DNA from: Chrysomallon squamiferum
Lineage: Eukaryota > Animalia > Mollusca
Direction: 5' to 3'
Assembly (NCBI GenBank): GCA_012295275.1
Contig: CM022679.1
Coordinates: 7,006,001-7,070,000 of the forward strand
Length of the DNA stretch: 64,000 bases
Shown: positions 1 to 13,600 of the stretch, piece after piece
Layout: every line of letters begins with the position of its first letter
Position numbering within the stretch: the stretch's first letter is position 1
The notes under the pieces: model-generated
Told to the model about the DNA's origin: nothing
The model's input: the letters and a program-made list of their open reading frames with translations, nothing else
Database searches by the model: none
Position numbers and translations under genes: made by a program

Positions 1-3000
1 AGCATTTCACCCTCACCAACCTTCTCTGATGATGGGTATTCTGATGGATCTCTTCCTGTAACTAATTCTGTGGAACTGGTGATTTCCAATCTTGATTACA
101 ACATCAGTCCCAAAGAGTGGCGAAAAATTCTTTTTACAACATTCCATCCACATGTTAAGGTATGCTAGCAAAAATTGACTAATCTTATTTTACTTCTTAA
201 GATCAATAAAATTTATCAAGAAAGTGCTCTACTAGTATTTTAAATCCAATAACTATGTACAGCATAACATTTATCAAAGAATAAAGCAATTGGTATATCC
301 ACAATCTTCAGTCAAATTGGTGAAATGGTGTCCCTTTTGTTTATTGCATTTTTTTTATCCTTGTTTGAACACCACAAATTTATAAAATAAAACACAAAAA
401 ACCCCATTAATTTTCATTACATTGTTTTATTTAACTATTTTGCAGGTTCTTAATGTACATATAAAGACTCAGCAGGATAACACCAGTATTGGTATGATAA
501 AAGTGCCAAGTGTTGAGGAAGCCCGCTTTGCCATATCTCAGTTTCATAGAAAGAAAATAGGTTACAAGAGAATTCAAGTTACTCTGAAAAATGATGACAG
601 TGTGACTGCTGCTGCAAATATCAGGTTCTCTTTGATTTTGATTTTGATATTAATCTAGACTTTATTCTTAAGCTACATCAAAAATGTACATTCATTTTCA
701 ATTCATCATGGTGAATATAATATCCACAGAATCTAATTAGTTTTTCTTTTTCAGAGCGGAAGCCATTGCATTGCTGTCTGAAGCCAAAGGAAATGTTCTG
801 CCTTTGTTTAAATTTATTGAACTATTTGATAAACGGTAATGTATATATTTTTTTCATCATGTTAACTATCAATACATTGTACATCCATTCTTTTAAAAAT
901 AATTATTTTTAATTTTTTTTTTTTTTACCTGTATACTGGATACACAATTGATTTTAGAATGGGTTTTATTTTCTTTGGTTTTCCAATTTTGTTTTTGTTA
1001 CAGCATCTAAATGTCTTAAAATTTTGAAAAGGAACAAGTCATTCGCTTTACTTATTTATGCACTTTATTCCTGATCAGTTTTATTAACCATAATTAAAAA
1101 TAAAACAAAAATTAGTCATATACCAATAGATTGTAAAACGTTTTCATTCAACAGTCAATTTATTAAAAATTGAGATTTAATTCTTTTTTAGCTATCATAA
1201 AACAATTAGTGTTTCGGAATTGTACAAAATGAGGGATGTTCTGGACATTAGAGATCAGGAAGGTTCAGGTCGTATGGTGTACTTGTCATCTGGTATTTAT
1301 CGCTCGCCTACACCACAGGAAATGACTGACTTGGAACTTGGAACATCTTTTCAAGGATCAGTGCAAGAGGTGGAGTAATTATGATTAACTGGATTTTCTT
1401 TTGTTACAAAAAACTAATTTACCTTGCTAATAAATGCTTTATTTAGTAAGGTGGTGTTTTTATTTATCAGAGATAAGTGTGTGCTTTTTAGACTGTGGGA
1501 ATGGGCACATATAACGATTATGAGTAACCCATTAAGAGGAACCTGTAGTGGGATTCCTCATTCTACAAAACATGTTGACACTTAGTAGCTGTTAATAACT
1601 GATGTTCTCTCTTTTTAAAGGCATGTGAAAGTCTAGAACAGCCAGTCTGTCCTGTCCACTGTGTAGAAGGTACAGTTTTCTATGCTGAAGCAATGAACTC
1701 CTGCAATCTGCCCTATGTCAGAATTGTGATGAAAACATTTGCTACACAAGTTCATTCCTTGTTGCTGTCACATAATGGACAGATGCCATTGATGAGGTTT
1801 GTAATATAATTGTTTGATGTGTAGAGGTAGAATAATAAGATGCAAACCTTTTGATAAAACGGTAATTCTTGAAAAAGTGTAATGTTCCTAATTATCATCT
1901 TTAATGATTTGTGGTAATGTTTCAGTTTTCCAGCATGTTATGCTGCTGAATTTGAATGTCTTGTGGGAGTGAAGGAAGGAGGCGTGCCTCTTGAACATCT
2001 GATTAGCTGTGTACCAGGCACACAGATTGTTGTGTCCAGATTTGGTGTGAAGAAAATTCAGTGGATGGAAAACTCTTTGCCCCAAGATGCAGGTTAATTT
2101 TGAGTTTAGGATTTGAAGCAGTCACAGAAATGTTTTATTGTTACCCTAAATAATGTATTTACAAAAACTAAGTACAAGAAGATGTGCATTTTGTTTAGAA
2201 AATGTTTTCATAGCCCATTCCAGAAAGTGCAATAAATACTATTAAGATCAGGAGACCTATACATTAGCCAGAATTACCCAAATAGAATAATGTTCATTCT
2301 GTTTATCATTTCTGAAAATGGTATTTATTAAATGATCGAAACTAAAATAATTTTTGTTAATGTAATATATTTAGAAGAATTTTGTTCTTTAAATGTTAAA
2401 TTTCATGTTGTTGTAAAGAATATTTATTTTTGTGACAGATACAAGTAGATCAAGTATTGGCAGTCCTATGTTAACACAACAGCTGAATCAGATAAGTCGA
2501 GAAATAATTGATTTGTTGAAACATAACCCTCAATGTCGAATGCCAGTGTCAAAGTTTATCCCAGCCTACCATCACCACTTTGGCCGGCAGTGTCGAGTTG
2601 CAGACTATGGCTACACTAAATTGATAGAACTGTTTGAAGCCATTCCACATGTATTACAGGTACTGAAGAAATCTTTTAATTATAAAATAATTAATAATAA
2701 TACTATCAAGTAAATAAAAATTTAAAAAAAGAAATGGATTTTGCCAAATTTTTCTGTTTCATTACATATTAACAAGTATTCGTCAAACTCTTTTCTAATC
2801 CTCAGTTTAATACTGTGCATTGTATTTTTTGAATAACTGAATTACATTTTGTTTTAAAGGTGCTGGGTACAGGTGATCGGAAGATATTGACACTTAGTCA
2901 TCGTGCCCAAGTGAGACGATTCACTGCTGATTTAGTTAGAGTTCTCAAAGGACAGCCAGGCAAACAACTTCCTGTGGACAAATTTCCTGATGCTTTTGGT

Positions 3001-6000
3001 ATGAAATCCACCTTTCCTAATAGTAACTGTCCACAAGTTTTTAACATTCAGATTTTTGAATGGTAAAATGAAATTGGTTGGGTGTTGATATTGGATTAAA
3101 TTCCATTAAAAATAGAATTAAAATGGCAACTAAAATCAGGATCTTGACACTCTTGGGAGTGGGGGATTTTGTTTTCAGTGCAGTGTTTAGAGCAGAACAT
3201 CATATCTGAATCCCAGGAAATGTAGATCTAAATTTCACACCTCGTTTTTTATCTGCCAGTGGGATTTTGTTACACAAATAATGCTTTTTCATGAAATATG
3301 TTTGTGTGATCTTATTTACGTTTTTCACTTTATTTATGACAATAAATAAATTTATTTTTCCAGAGAAAGTGTTTAGTCGACCATGGGATGTGACAGAATA
3401 CGGCTCTTGTTTTCTGGAAGATATACTTGTAGAGATTCCATCATCCACAGTCCAGGTTGTCAATTTTTTTTTAAAAACATATTAATATTTTGTGGAATAA
3501 TTATTGAAATTCAATGTTTTGAAGGATCAGCATTTATTATATTATGTCATTATACACTAAATTGTCGGAATTTAATTTCACCAATTTGTGTAGGCATATT
3601 GGATTTTACTCCAGTTTATTTATACATTTTTACTATTTACAACACTGCTTATGGTATTACATTTTTTTACTAAATTTTATATAGTTTACTGTATTGAAAT
3701 TTAAAAAGACTGTTTAAGTAAGAATGTAATAATATGTAACCCTCTACACACTCAATAAATAAAACGGATTGAACATTCAAAATGTTTACAAAATCTGTTA
3801 TAAATTTTCAGGTCATTGTTGAAGATGGACAGACTTATTTGTGCATTCCTAAAAGAGGTAAGATTGTTATGAACAAACCATGTATTATTATAAGCCATTT
3901 TAAACTCTTTGTTTACAATTAATGACTGCTAAAATATTTCCGGTACATGAAGTACCAATATTTTTGAATTGTAAATAACCATCTTAATAGTGAAGAGCTT
4001 AATTCATAAAATACAAACTATATATTGTATTTTATTAATTATACTTACTGAAAATAAGTGGCTTTGTTGGTGTGATGGTAGGTAGCTGAGTTTTTGAAAT
4101 GCCAGTGTGTAACACGCAATTAAACTGTAATTGAATAAACAGCTTTATTTTTTTTTATTTTCATTTGACATTAACAAAAAAAAATGTTTTGAATGCATCC
4201 CCATAATTATATTCATGTTTTAAAATTGTTTTATTTGATTAGATCAATCAGCTGAAGAAATTGAAAGGACAAAACAGTTTTCTCTAGAAGTAGTAGACCT
4301 ACTAAAACACAACCCTCAATGTCGTATGCCATTTAACAAATTCATACCAGCTTATCATCATCATTTTGGACGCCAGTGCAAAGTTGCTGACTATGGATTT
4401 ACAAAACTAACAGATCTCTTTGAAGCCATTCCACAAATCCTGGAGGTATCTTTATAACATTTAAGATATTTATATTGTTTTGTACATGAATAGTTAAAAA
4501 TAAATTAATAAATGAATGAATATAAAAAAAAAAATTCATGTAATGGTTTAGTCCATTTTAAATTTTATAAAAAGAAAGCTTTTTCTTTCATTTTCCTTTT
4601 TTTTTTCTTTCTTTCTTTCATTTATTTATTAAAATAAATGTTAATTACAATAAAGACTGGAATACATGTATAAATTCTGTATTGATAATTCAGGAGAGAA
4701 AAAGTTTTCATCAGTTTCATAGCTCCTGTGACTGATTAATATGATCATAAATTAAAAATATATCAAAACAAATTCCTCTTGTAGATAGAAGAAGAAGGGG
4801 ACGAGCGGATTCTGCGATTGACATTAATCGAGATGCGTAAAGTCCTGTGTGAGCAGATTTCTGATTTGTTGAGAAATCACCAGGGTCAGGCGTTAAGAGT
4901 TGATGATTTTCTGCCTGCCTTTGCCTGTCAGTATGGTTTTAGTCTGAGACTGGAAGACTTTGGAGCTGTTTCGGTGGAATCCCTTGTGGCCAGATTTCGA
5001 CATCTTATTAAGGCAAGAAATTCTATTGTCTGATTTTGAATAATTTAGTATCATTTAACTCGCCTTATAGATCAGCTACTTATTATGTTATATATATTTT
5101 GTTCTACAGTTAGCATAATACATATGTAATTAAAATAATCCTAATAGGACTAATTCATATAATATTTATGTTCATATATACATTCAGTAGTTTTTAAAAT
5201 TGTCATACTTTTTCTAAATCTAACACAAAAAAGATGCCATAAACTGGTTAATGGTTTCTGTGTGACTAAACTGATAAATCATAATAAACACTCAACCAAA
5301 ACAACTGAAAGATAACTTGTATGTAAACCTGAGCAGACTTGTCTGAATACATGATACATTTAATAAAATTTTCCATTTTGGCAGTTTTGGTTTTTAAATT
5401 TCAGATTGAGGTCTACAATGGAGAGGACTATGTTGTTCTCCTTAAACAGACAGAACTCCCTCCTTTAGCTCTGGGACTTCTCCAGTTACTGATGGATCAA
5501 AGTTGTGGTTGTCTGCCTCTTGTAGAACTCTGTTCAATGTACGAGACCACTTTTGGTACAGAATGTGACATACAGTGCATTAAAGATGAACTAGTGGATT
5601 TTGTGGAGGTATTTATAGTCTAGGATGAAAGTTAAAAATATTTTATTTGTCTTGATGGCAGTTAAAAATGCAACATCCATTGCAGTTAAACTATCTTTGT
5701 TTTGAATGGAAAGTAAATACTAACTTTTCACGACATCAGGAAATGATATTTGTATTGTAGATAAATAGTTTCGTTGGATGAAATTCAGTTGCTTTTATTA
5801 TGTAAGAAGTTTAATGAAATATATGAAATCAAATTTTATTTTAAAAGTTTTTTGTTTTTTTAAAGTCGGTTTTACTACACATATATACTAATACATAAAC
5901 AAATATATTGTTAAATCAGTATCTTTACTTAGCCATTACTTTTTTTTTTTAGGTAGTAAGCATATCCTGTTTGGCATTTACTTTGATCACTGTTTTTCAA

Positions 6001-8403
6001 GTTCAGAGTCTTTAATATGACAGACAATACAGATGTTTTCTCAAGCAGATTTATGATAATGAACTGGAAAAAACCCCAGTAAATCTATATTAATATTTAT
6101 ATATACTTTTTCAAAATTAGGTATCTGGTGATGATGGGTCAGCAATTGTAAAACTGACTCCGCTGCAGTCACTGGGTCGAGATATTCGTCTACTGCTCAT
6201 GTGCAGTGGGAAGATTCTTCTTACTCAATTTGACCAGTTGTTTGCAGAAAGATTCGGAGTTTCCATTAATCCAGCCACTTATGGATATCCATCACTGCTC
6301 AGTTTACTCCAAGCATTGCCTCACATTGTGTCAATAAAAGGAAAAGGCTTGAAAAGATGCATTCAGTTGTCAAATAATCTGAAGTCTTCTGGTATGTTCA
6401 GCAGATAGGTTTGAATTATTCTGTGATTGAATGACAGACTGTTATGTATTTTGTGTAATAATCAGAAGAAACCTGCTATTTCACTTCAGTTGTCACAAAT
6501 TATCAGTAAGATATCTTTTGTAAACACCTTCCCTCAAACAGGAAAACACATTAACTAGCCTTTGATAAACCAATTACTGGGTATTAGTTGGAACATAAAA
6601 AAGTTAAAATAAACAGTATAGAATTAACAAATGGAAATACTAATATTTATACACATTGTTTTACATTTTATTTTTGACACATTTTAAGAGAGTAATAATG
6701 CACATTTTGTTTACAGGTACTGCTCTGACAACCATGGTCTCTACAAGTCCAACTGGACTAGTTACCTCAGAAATAAAAACAGACTTGAAAGGAGATTCTG
6801 ATACACCATCAAATGATTCTGGTGTGACCGATACCCAGGGTAAATAGTATTAATTGTAATAATCAGTCTGTTGATATGATTTATCAATTGCGATCAGTTT
6901 TTATAAACATTTCTGAATGGTTATTAGGTGCTGGACATGCTTATTAAGAATGCAGAAACTAGATGCTGTCTGTTTAAGCATATAACAGATTTGGTAATCT
7001 TCACACATTCTCATGATGGTTTATGGAAAGCTGTAAGCTTTCCTGTTTGTGAAGAAATGTATAAAAAGTTTTATGTTACTGTCATCATTAACTGATAGCA
7101 TCATTAAAGGACATGCAAGTTTCCTCTCATAAAACTATTATAAAATTAAAATGACTGAGAATGACATTAAACTTGTTTTAAAATTTCTAGATGATGACTT
7201 GATGATACCTGAAGAAAGGCCTCACTGGCAGCAGGATATAATGTGTGCTCCCATTCCTTCTGCAATCCCATCTCCTGAATTGAAACCAGCAGCCAGCCAA
7301 CCTCCTGATTTGATGAGGTTCAACTCTAATCACAGTAAATACAATCATTTTATTATATAAGTTAATTTTAGCACAGAATTAAAGTATTGTATCTGAAATA
7401 TGTTTTCTTAATGTTTTATACGTGTTGATCTCGCCATGATTAACAGAATGTTTTCTACTGAGGAATGAAATAAAATTGGTGTGCTTTTCCATTGAATACA
7501 TTATTAAACATTGACATTGAAATGTCTTGTAGAATTCTTTTTTTTATACAGAATAGGTCTTCTAAAATTATTGTAATTGTGCTCCATTTCAAAAAGGTGT
7601 TCCTTTTTTTTAAATTAGGACAATCTGATGCTTTGTGGACTATGACAGATGAGGAAAAACAAGGACAGAAGACTCCACTGTGTCGTACACCAACATCAGA
7701 TCTGCTTCAGTTTGCTGCTCAGTGTCTCATCAGCCGTCCTCCTGAAGAACCATCTCGATCTACTTCAGATGAGACTTGGGTGGACAGTGGCAGCCAACAG
7801 GGATCATCTAAAAATGAAACCCTGGCTGCCACTGGAGGCTGTAAGAATCTTCTGGAATTACTGAAAGGTGGCTGGTGGAAAGCGAGTGCAGAACAACTGC
7901 AGGAGGTGAGCCAGACATTAAAGGTTCCAGTATCTGGTAGGTCAACACCATTTTTTGATGGGCAGACATCTGAGGAAAGTGTTAAGAAAACAGACAGTTC
8001 GGCATCAACTGATGATCGTGACATTATAACTACATCCACTCTGGAACCAACATCTGAAGCAGAAACATCAGCAGCTGCAACTTCATTAGAACATACCCTG
8101 GATGGTAGTGAGGATTCCATAGCTAAACAAGGTGAGAAGATCAAAGTTGAAGTTCTCAGTACATCAGTGGAAGAGAAGTGTGTCAGTAAATCTGTTAGAG
8201 AAGACCAAGGTAGTGAAGAGAAAGGAAACACCTCTTTAGATATTTCCTATGATGGAATGTTCCAAAAAGAGAAACCACTGGAGACTAGTTCAACCAAATC
8301 TGGATCAGTATCTTGTCTGACCACACCAGCACAATCACCTACTAAGAAAGGAAGATGCAGAATTGCAGCAAAATTCACTGTTCCTCTATCAAAGCCTAAC
8401 TGA
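1..8403 (+). CDS. MARF1: Meiosis regulator and mRNA stability factor 1 (Limkain-b1), 5'-partial: RRM, multiple LOTUS/OST-HTH domains and a disordered C-terminal tail
   Basis: Exons read in phase: <1-159, 446-624, 755-835, 1192-1369, 1621-1796, 1926-2092, 2439-2659, 2860-2998, 3364-3455, 3812-3857, 4243-4445, 4785-5012, 5405-5608, 6121-6391, 6717-6839, 7191-7334, 7619-8403 (TGA). Recognised motifs: [10 protein letters not shown] and [16 protein letters not shown] (RRM), [14 protein letters not shown], two [20 protein letters not shown] LOTUS repeats, C-terminal [14 protein letters not shown]. Confidence 0.95.
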
Positions 8404-10602
8404 TATGGGTTTTTTAAAAATAAAAAAATCTTTGCTTTTTTTCTGAATGGTTGAGGCCACAAAACACTATTTGAGATATCTAGAAATTTACTTACAAGTG
8501 CTGTAAATCAAAATATCAACTTAAAATTTAATTCCAAAGCACTTATGACATTGAAGAAAAATAATTTAATTGGTTTTGAAATAATGTTTTGTTTATTTAC
8601 TGATTCCTCTGTTTTGTTTGCCAACTTTCTGGTAACATTATTTCAAATGTCCATTTTTGCAGTATGATTACGTGAAGAATATATCTTTAAGTTATAAGGT
8701 GAAAAATATTGTTTAAATAGTTTTTAATATTTAAAGCTCATATCTTCAACAGTTTAATTTGAATTTCTTAATATGAATGCTTTCTAAGTAAAATTTCTCT
8801 GTGAAATATTGTTTATTTTATTTTGCTTTAAGCTAGGTTTGTTTTGTTAAATTTAATTTTTTTGTTTTCTTTTTCTGTATTTTGGAGAAAATGTCTCCCA
8901 TTTTTGTATTATCCACAGAAATGTGGTTTACTACTAATAGTAGAATGTTTAGTTAGACATGTTTATATTATTGAACATTAGTTGTCTTTTGATAATACAC
9001 ATTATTTGAACGCAATGCCACCTTAATTATGTATGTATGATTAAATGAATGAAAGAAAATTTGGAAACTCCAGTCAGTTTGAAAGTAAAATGTTATTTTC
9101 AATCTGTTTGCATACAGTGCTAAAAGTTACCAGTGTAAGTTGGTAGAATCTGTAAACATTAAACAAGATTAATGTATAAGATATATTGTCATATCTTTTT
9201 ATAATATAGAACATTTACGATGCTATAGATACACCATGATTTGGGAGTAACTTTCCATGTTACTGTTTTTTAAATGAAATTATTTCCAAATGTCCTCTGC
9301 TGATTAGTAAATCAACTTCACTGTGATTTAAGTTGTGTTAATGACAACGAACATCATAGAATTTATGAATGTTGTAAATCCATGCTCTAACAGGAAAATC
9401 TTTGTTACAAATAGAAAGCTGATATAATTTCTTTGAGCAAGCAGAAATGTTTTTACAAAGAATATTGAAGATAACTTTTATCTTCAGGAAGACTTGAGTA
9501 ACTTTTTAATATTGGTTTGAAGACCATGCAAACGCAGGATATTATTTTATCTGCAGCATGGTTGTCGTAACAAAGTAATACTGAAAAGTAGCTATTTGAA
9601 GTGAAGTTGTTAACGAAACAGCAGCCAAAAATTCTATGACTATTTTAATCCATATTGTGCATACTGACAAATGATTTTTACTAAATGTTGACATTGTCTT
9701 GGAGAATTTAGTTTTTGGAGTGATTTTACTTTTGTTTTTCATGCATATCACAGTAACAACTGGAATTCACATAACAGTATTATTGTGTAGAAAATACAGG
9801 TGGAGTGTACAGATTTACAATGATTTGGAATGTTGACAAATTATCAGCCAGATGAAGTAACAATTTAAAATTGTATTGATATTTTTTTTTCATATAATAA
9901 ATTACTATAAATTAAAACAATTTTTGTGATGAATTTTTGTAGAAACCAGTTTTGTAACTAACAATTAAGGATGTACACGATTGATATCATTTTAGAAATA
10001 ATAAAATAAAAGCAGTTGGTAAAATGCAGTTGTGTCAGTTTCTTTCATGCAAAATTAAAATGAGCGTTTTGACCTCCTTACATTATTAACTCTAGTGGTG
10101 GCTGTAATTTGTTTTATAACTTTTCTGTCATTCAAGAATTTTTAAATGTATGGCTACTGATACTTGAATTTTGAATTCATTATGGGTGCATGCACTTAGG
10201 TTTACAGACATGTTATTTCCAGATTGAGCTAACTATTTAATTGTGAACTGCAAAATCTTCAATAAAATATCTATGAATATTTGTATTTGAATTTGGCATT
10301 GCCAGACATCGTGAATTACTTGCAGTTGTTTTAAACATGTTTAAACTACTGTATTTTTATTTTTGTAATTTTAATTAAAATGATTGACAATGAAATACTG
10401 GCTTAAATGCATTGTCTGTACTATATTAGTTGTATTTCAGTAAAATAGTACAACAATTTCATGGATGCTATGATTTTGTCTCTTTGTTATCTGACAATTG
10501 CCCTTTTCAGGTTCCTCTTGATAAAACAGTTCTTACCTACACAAACAAAACACCATGCAACAAGTGAAGCCTGCATTTGTTTAAAAATTTCATCCTTCAG
10601 TT

Positions 10603-13600
10603 TCAATTAAAATGGAAGTAATCTTTTCCTTCTTCTAAATTCAAAGAAGCCAAGTTTTTTTCAAAACCTTCACCAGTCAGACCCTGCAATGTTTATAATA
10701 AAAAATTTAAAAATTTTAAACTTAGCTGGTGTACTGAGCTACATAAATAATAAAATTGAAAAAAAGGAAATGTCTCTGGTTTTATTTGTATACTTTTATT
10801 ACAAGTGTTCAATCACAGGCATAACCAATGAATTAGAGAATTCTGCTCATAACAAACAATTTAGGTAGTTTGTTAAAATACATAATTGACAATGGTTAGT
10901 ATATCACTCAAAATTCATTCCTGTTTTGCTTAATGAGATAATTAATGATAAAGTAAATATCATTCTCTCTGAAGCATGTATGGGTACATGTACCAATATG
11001 TGAAACTGAATTGAAGGACATAATTCAACATGTGTATCATTATATAAAAAAATATATATATAGGCTTCTCATTATATTTTATATGCATGTGATACCACTT
11101 ACTATTTTGACACAAATAATTATTGGAGGTTTTACTTCAGTATAATGAATTACTGGGATCTTAGGTTTTGCAGCTTCCTTCAAAAATAAAGAAAGGAAAA
11201 TGAAAACTTTGATGCACATGCTCTGAAATACGTAAACATAACGAGTAAATCAAGAATCATAATATTAAAGGTATGGCAAAAATTCCATTTACCTGATAAT
11301 CTTGTTTTAAAATTTGTTTCATTTCTGCTGTATTATGAAATTGTATTTAAAAAAGCTATTCAAATTAGCTAATATTTTCTGATTGTACTGAAAAGAGAAC
11401 TATTGTACTTTATCACCCCTTTTCATACAAATTTTCCAAATGAGAATTTCCCAACCTTTGACTCTTCATAGATATAGTATCCCTTTGAGATCTTCTTTTC
11501 ATCCACATCACAAAAAGCAACAACCTGAATGATCAATAAAATGATATTTCAAAGACTGTATGATATGTGCTCTATGTAAATATTTTTAAAAAAAAACATT
11601 TTATTTTTGTTGCAGAATAATTTTATCATCTTAAAACACAAGTAATTCCATCATTTATCAACTTAAAATTCTCCTGAGATAACCACTTTTTTCTTCTTAT
11701 TTTATTAAACATAATTATTTTTTTCTTCAGCTTTGGAAAGTCAATATATAATGTGAGCAGATCCAAGGATTTCAAAAAAAGTTGAGTGCCTTAACTGAGG
11801 TAAAGAAATATTGAGTTTTACCCAAAATGATGAGAGAAACATTTATTTGATGCATATGTGTAACAGACTTAATTTAAGTCATACTTTTTTCTGATTATTT
11901 TCAGTTAGTGATCGGAAAAATTTCCGTCCCTGTTTTCCTGCATTCCAGATACTGAAACTGTTCCAGCTATCTAGCAGCTGCTGCTGAATAAATTTCATTC
12001 TCAGCTGCCAGATTGTTTCCCTAAAAAATTAAAATGTACATTTTTAAAATTCATCTTTGGTTGTTGAGGATTTTTTGGTAAGAAATGTTTGTACATATTA
12101 TGACAAAGAAAATGTTAATGTCTGGAATGGCTTTTTTATAAGAAATGTTTTTAAGTTTATACAGTATGATACAGAAAATGAATGCTTTATATTTGTAAGC
12201 AATGTTTGTAAATGTACATACTCTGATACAGAAAATGTTGATGCATCTGTGTGATATCTATAAACAAGGAGATAATCATCAACACGGATTACCTCCCCTC
12301 CCAACTCCAAATGTTTGTAGAAGAAAATCAGATCTTCAGGTATTCCCTAAAAAACAAACCAGCACAAAAGAATTTATGTACAAATAAATTAAAACATTAA
12401 ATAACTAAATGCTAATACTGAAGAAATTTCTATAAATGTCTGAAAGATGGGACACATGTGAAATGCCTTGAATATCAAATATATCAAATATATTAAGAAT
12501 TAACTCAGTAGCTCATTGGATTTCTAATTTTTTCAACATAACTCTTTTATTAACTTAATGTTTTACAACTGCAATATAATTAATATTACCAGTTTTGCTA
12601 TGTGTTTATTAACATACTGACATAAAAATTCAAGTCTATCATTTTATCTTCAAAAACCTGTCACAGCTGTGTTTTTTAATATAAATTTTCAGAGTTGTAC
12701 TTTTATTTCTCATATTTTATTAAGTTCAGTGGTAATGTTAAACTGTAATCAATGTAATCAGTGAATTATAAATTGGTACAAAATATTTTGAAGAAATGTA
12801 CTCCTGAACATGTTTTTCTTTTTTCTTTTTCTTTTTTTTTTTAATGCTCTTTTTCACACAGAAAAGGAAATATTAGTCATGGATTACTGGCTGAAAAGGA
12901 TGAAAAGTAAATGATGAAACAAAGTCCTTACAGGAAAATCTGGAGATTCATAAATATTATATGACAAATACTTAGGGTTTGACATTTCTATCATGTCAAA
13001 GCTAGATAATCTTCCATCAAATATTAATCCAAATGATGACAAAGTAAATGTAATAGCTAGTAAAAACCTTTCCACCTTCATCAAAAGCACCAACATTCTT
13101 GAAGACTTCTCTTGTCATGAACCATGTTGGCATTATAACTGTAGGGCCATGGGATGTATATGCCTGAAATTGTTGGATATAAATGGTCTCTTTATTTGCT
13201 GATGTATTTTTTAAACAGAGTTAACTGTTCAAAGTCATTTATTAAAACTGCTTGTTGTGCCTGTTTTGTTATTTCCAACTGCATCAGTGCTCAACTGTTT
13301 TATCACTGACAACCATAAAAGATTCTCTGTTGCTTCATAAACAAAACAAAATCAAATCAAAATTTAAATAAATTCTTTGTCAATAATTGGTAAATGGCCC
13401 ATGGAATGAGAAAAGCAAGTTTCTTCTCATAATTTCTTTATTATTTTTATTTTTATTTATTTATTTTTTAACATTTATATTTTGCATTTTCAGTTTTTTT
13501 CTTTTATACAAATAAAAGTTTCCTTAAAAGATAACAACTACCATTGTTTTGACTTGTACAAAATTAATATATTTCTACAGATAATTTATCAACTTACATT

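Noticed and set aside
7719-8231. 170-aa antisense ORF
   Set aside because: Shadow of the Ser/Thr-rich last exon of MARF1.
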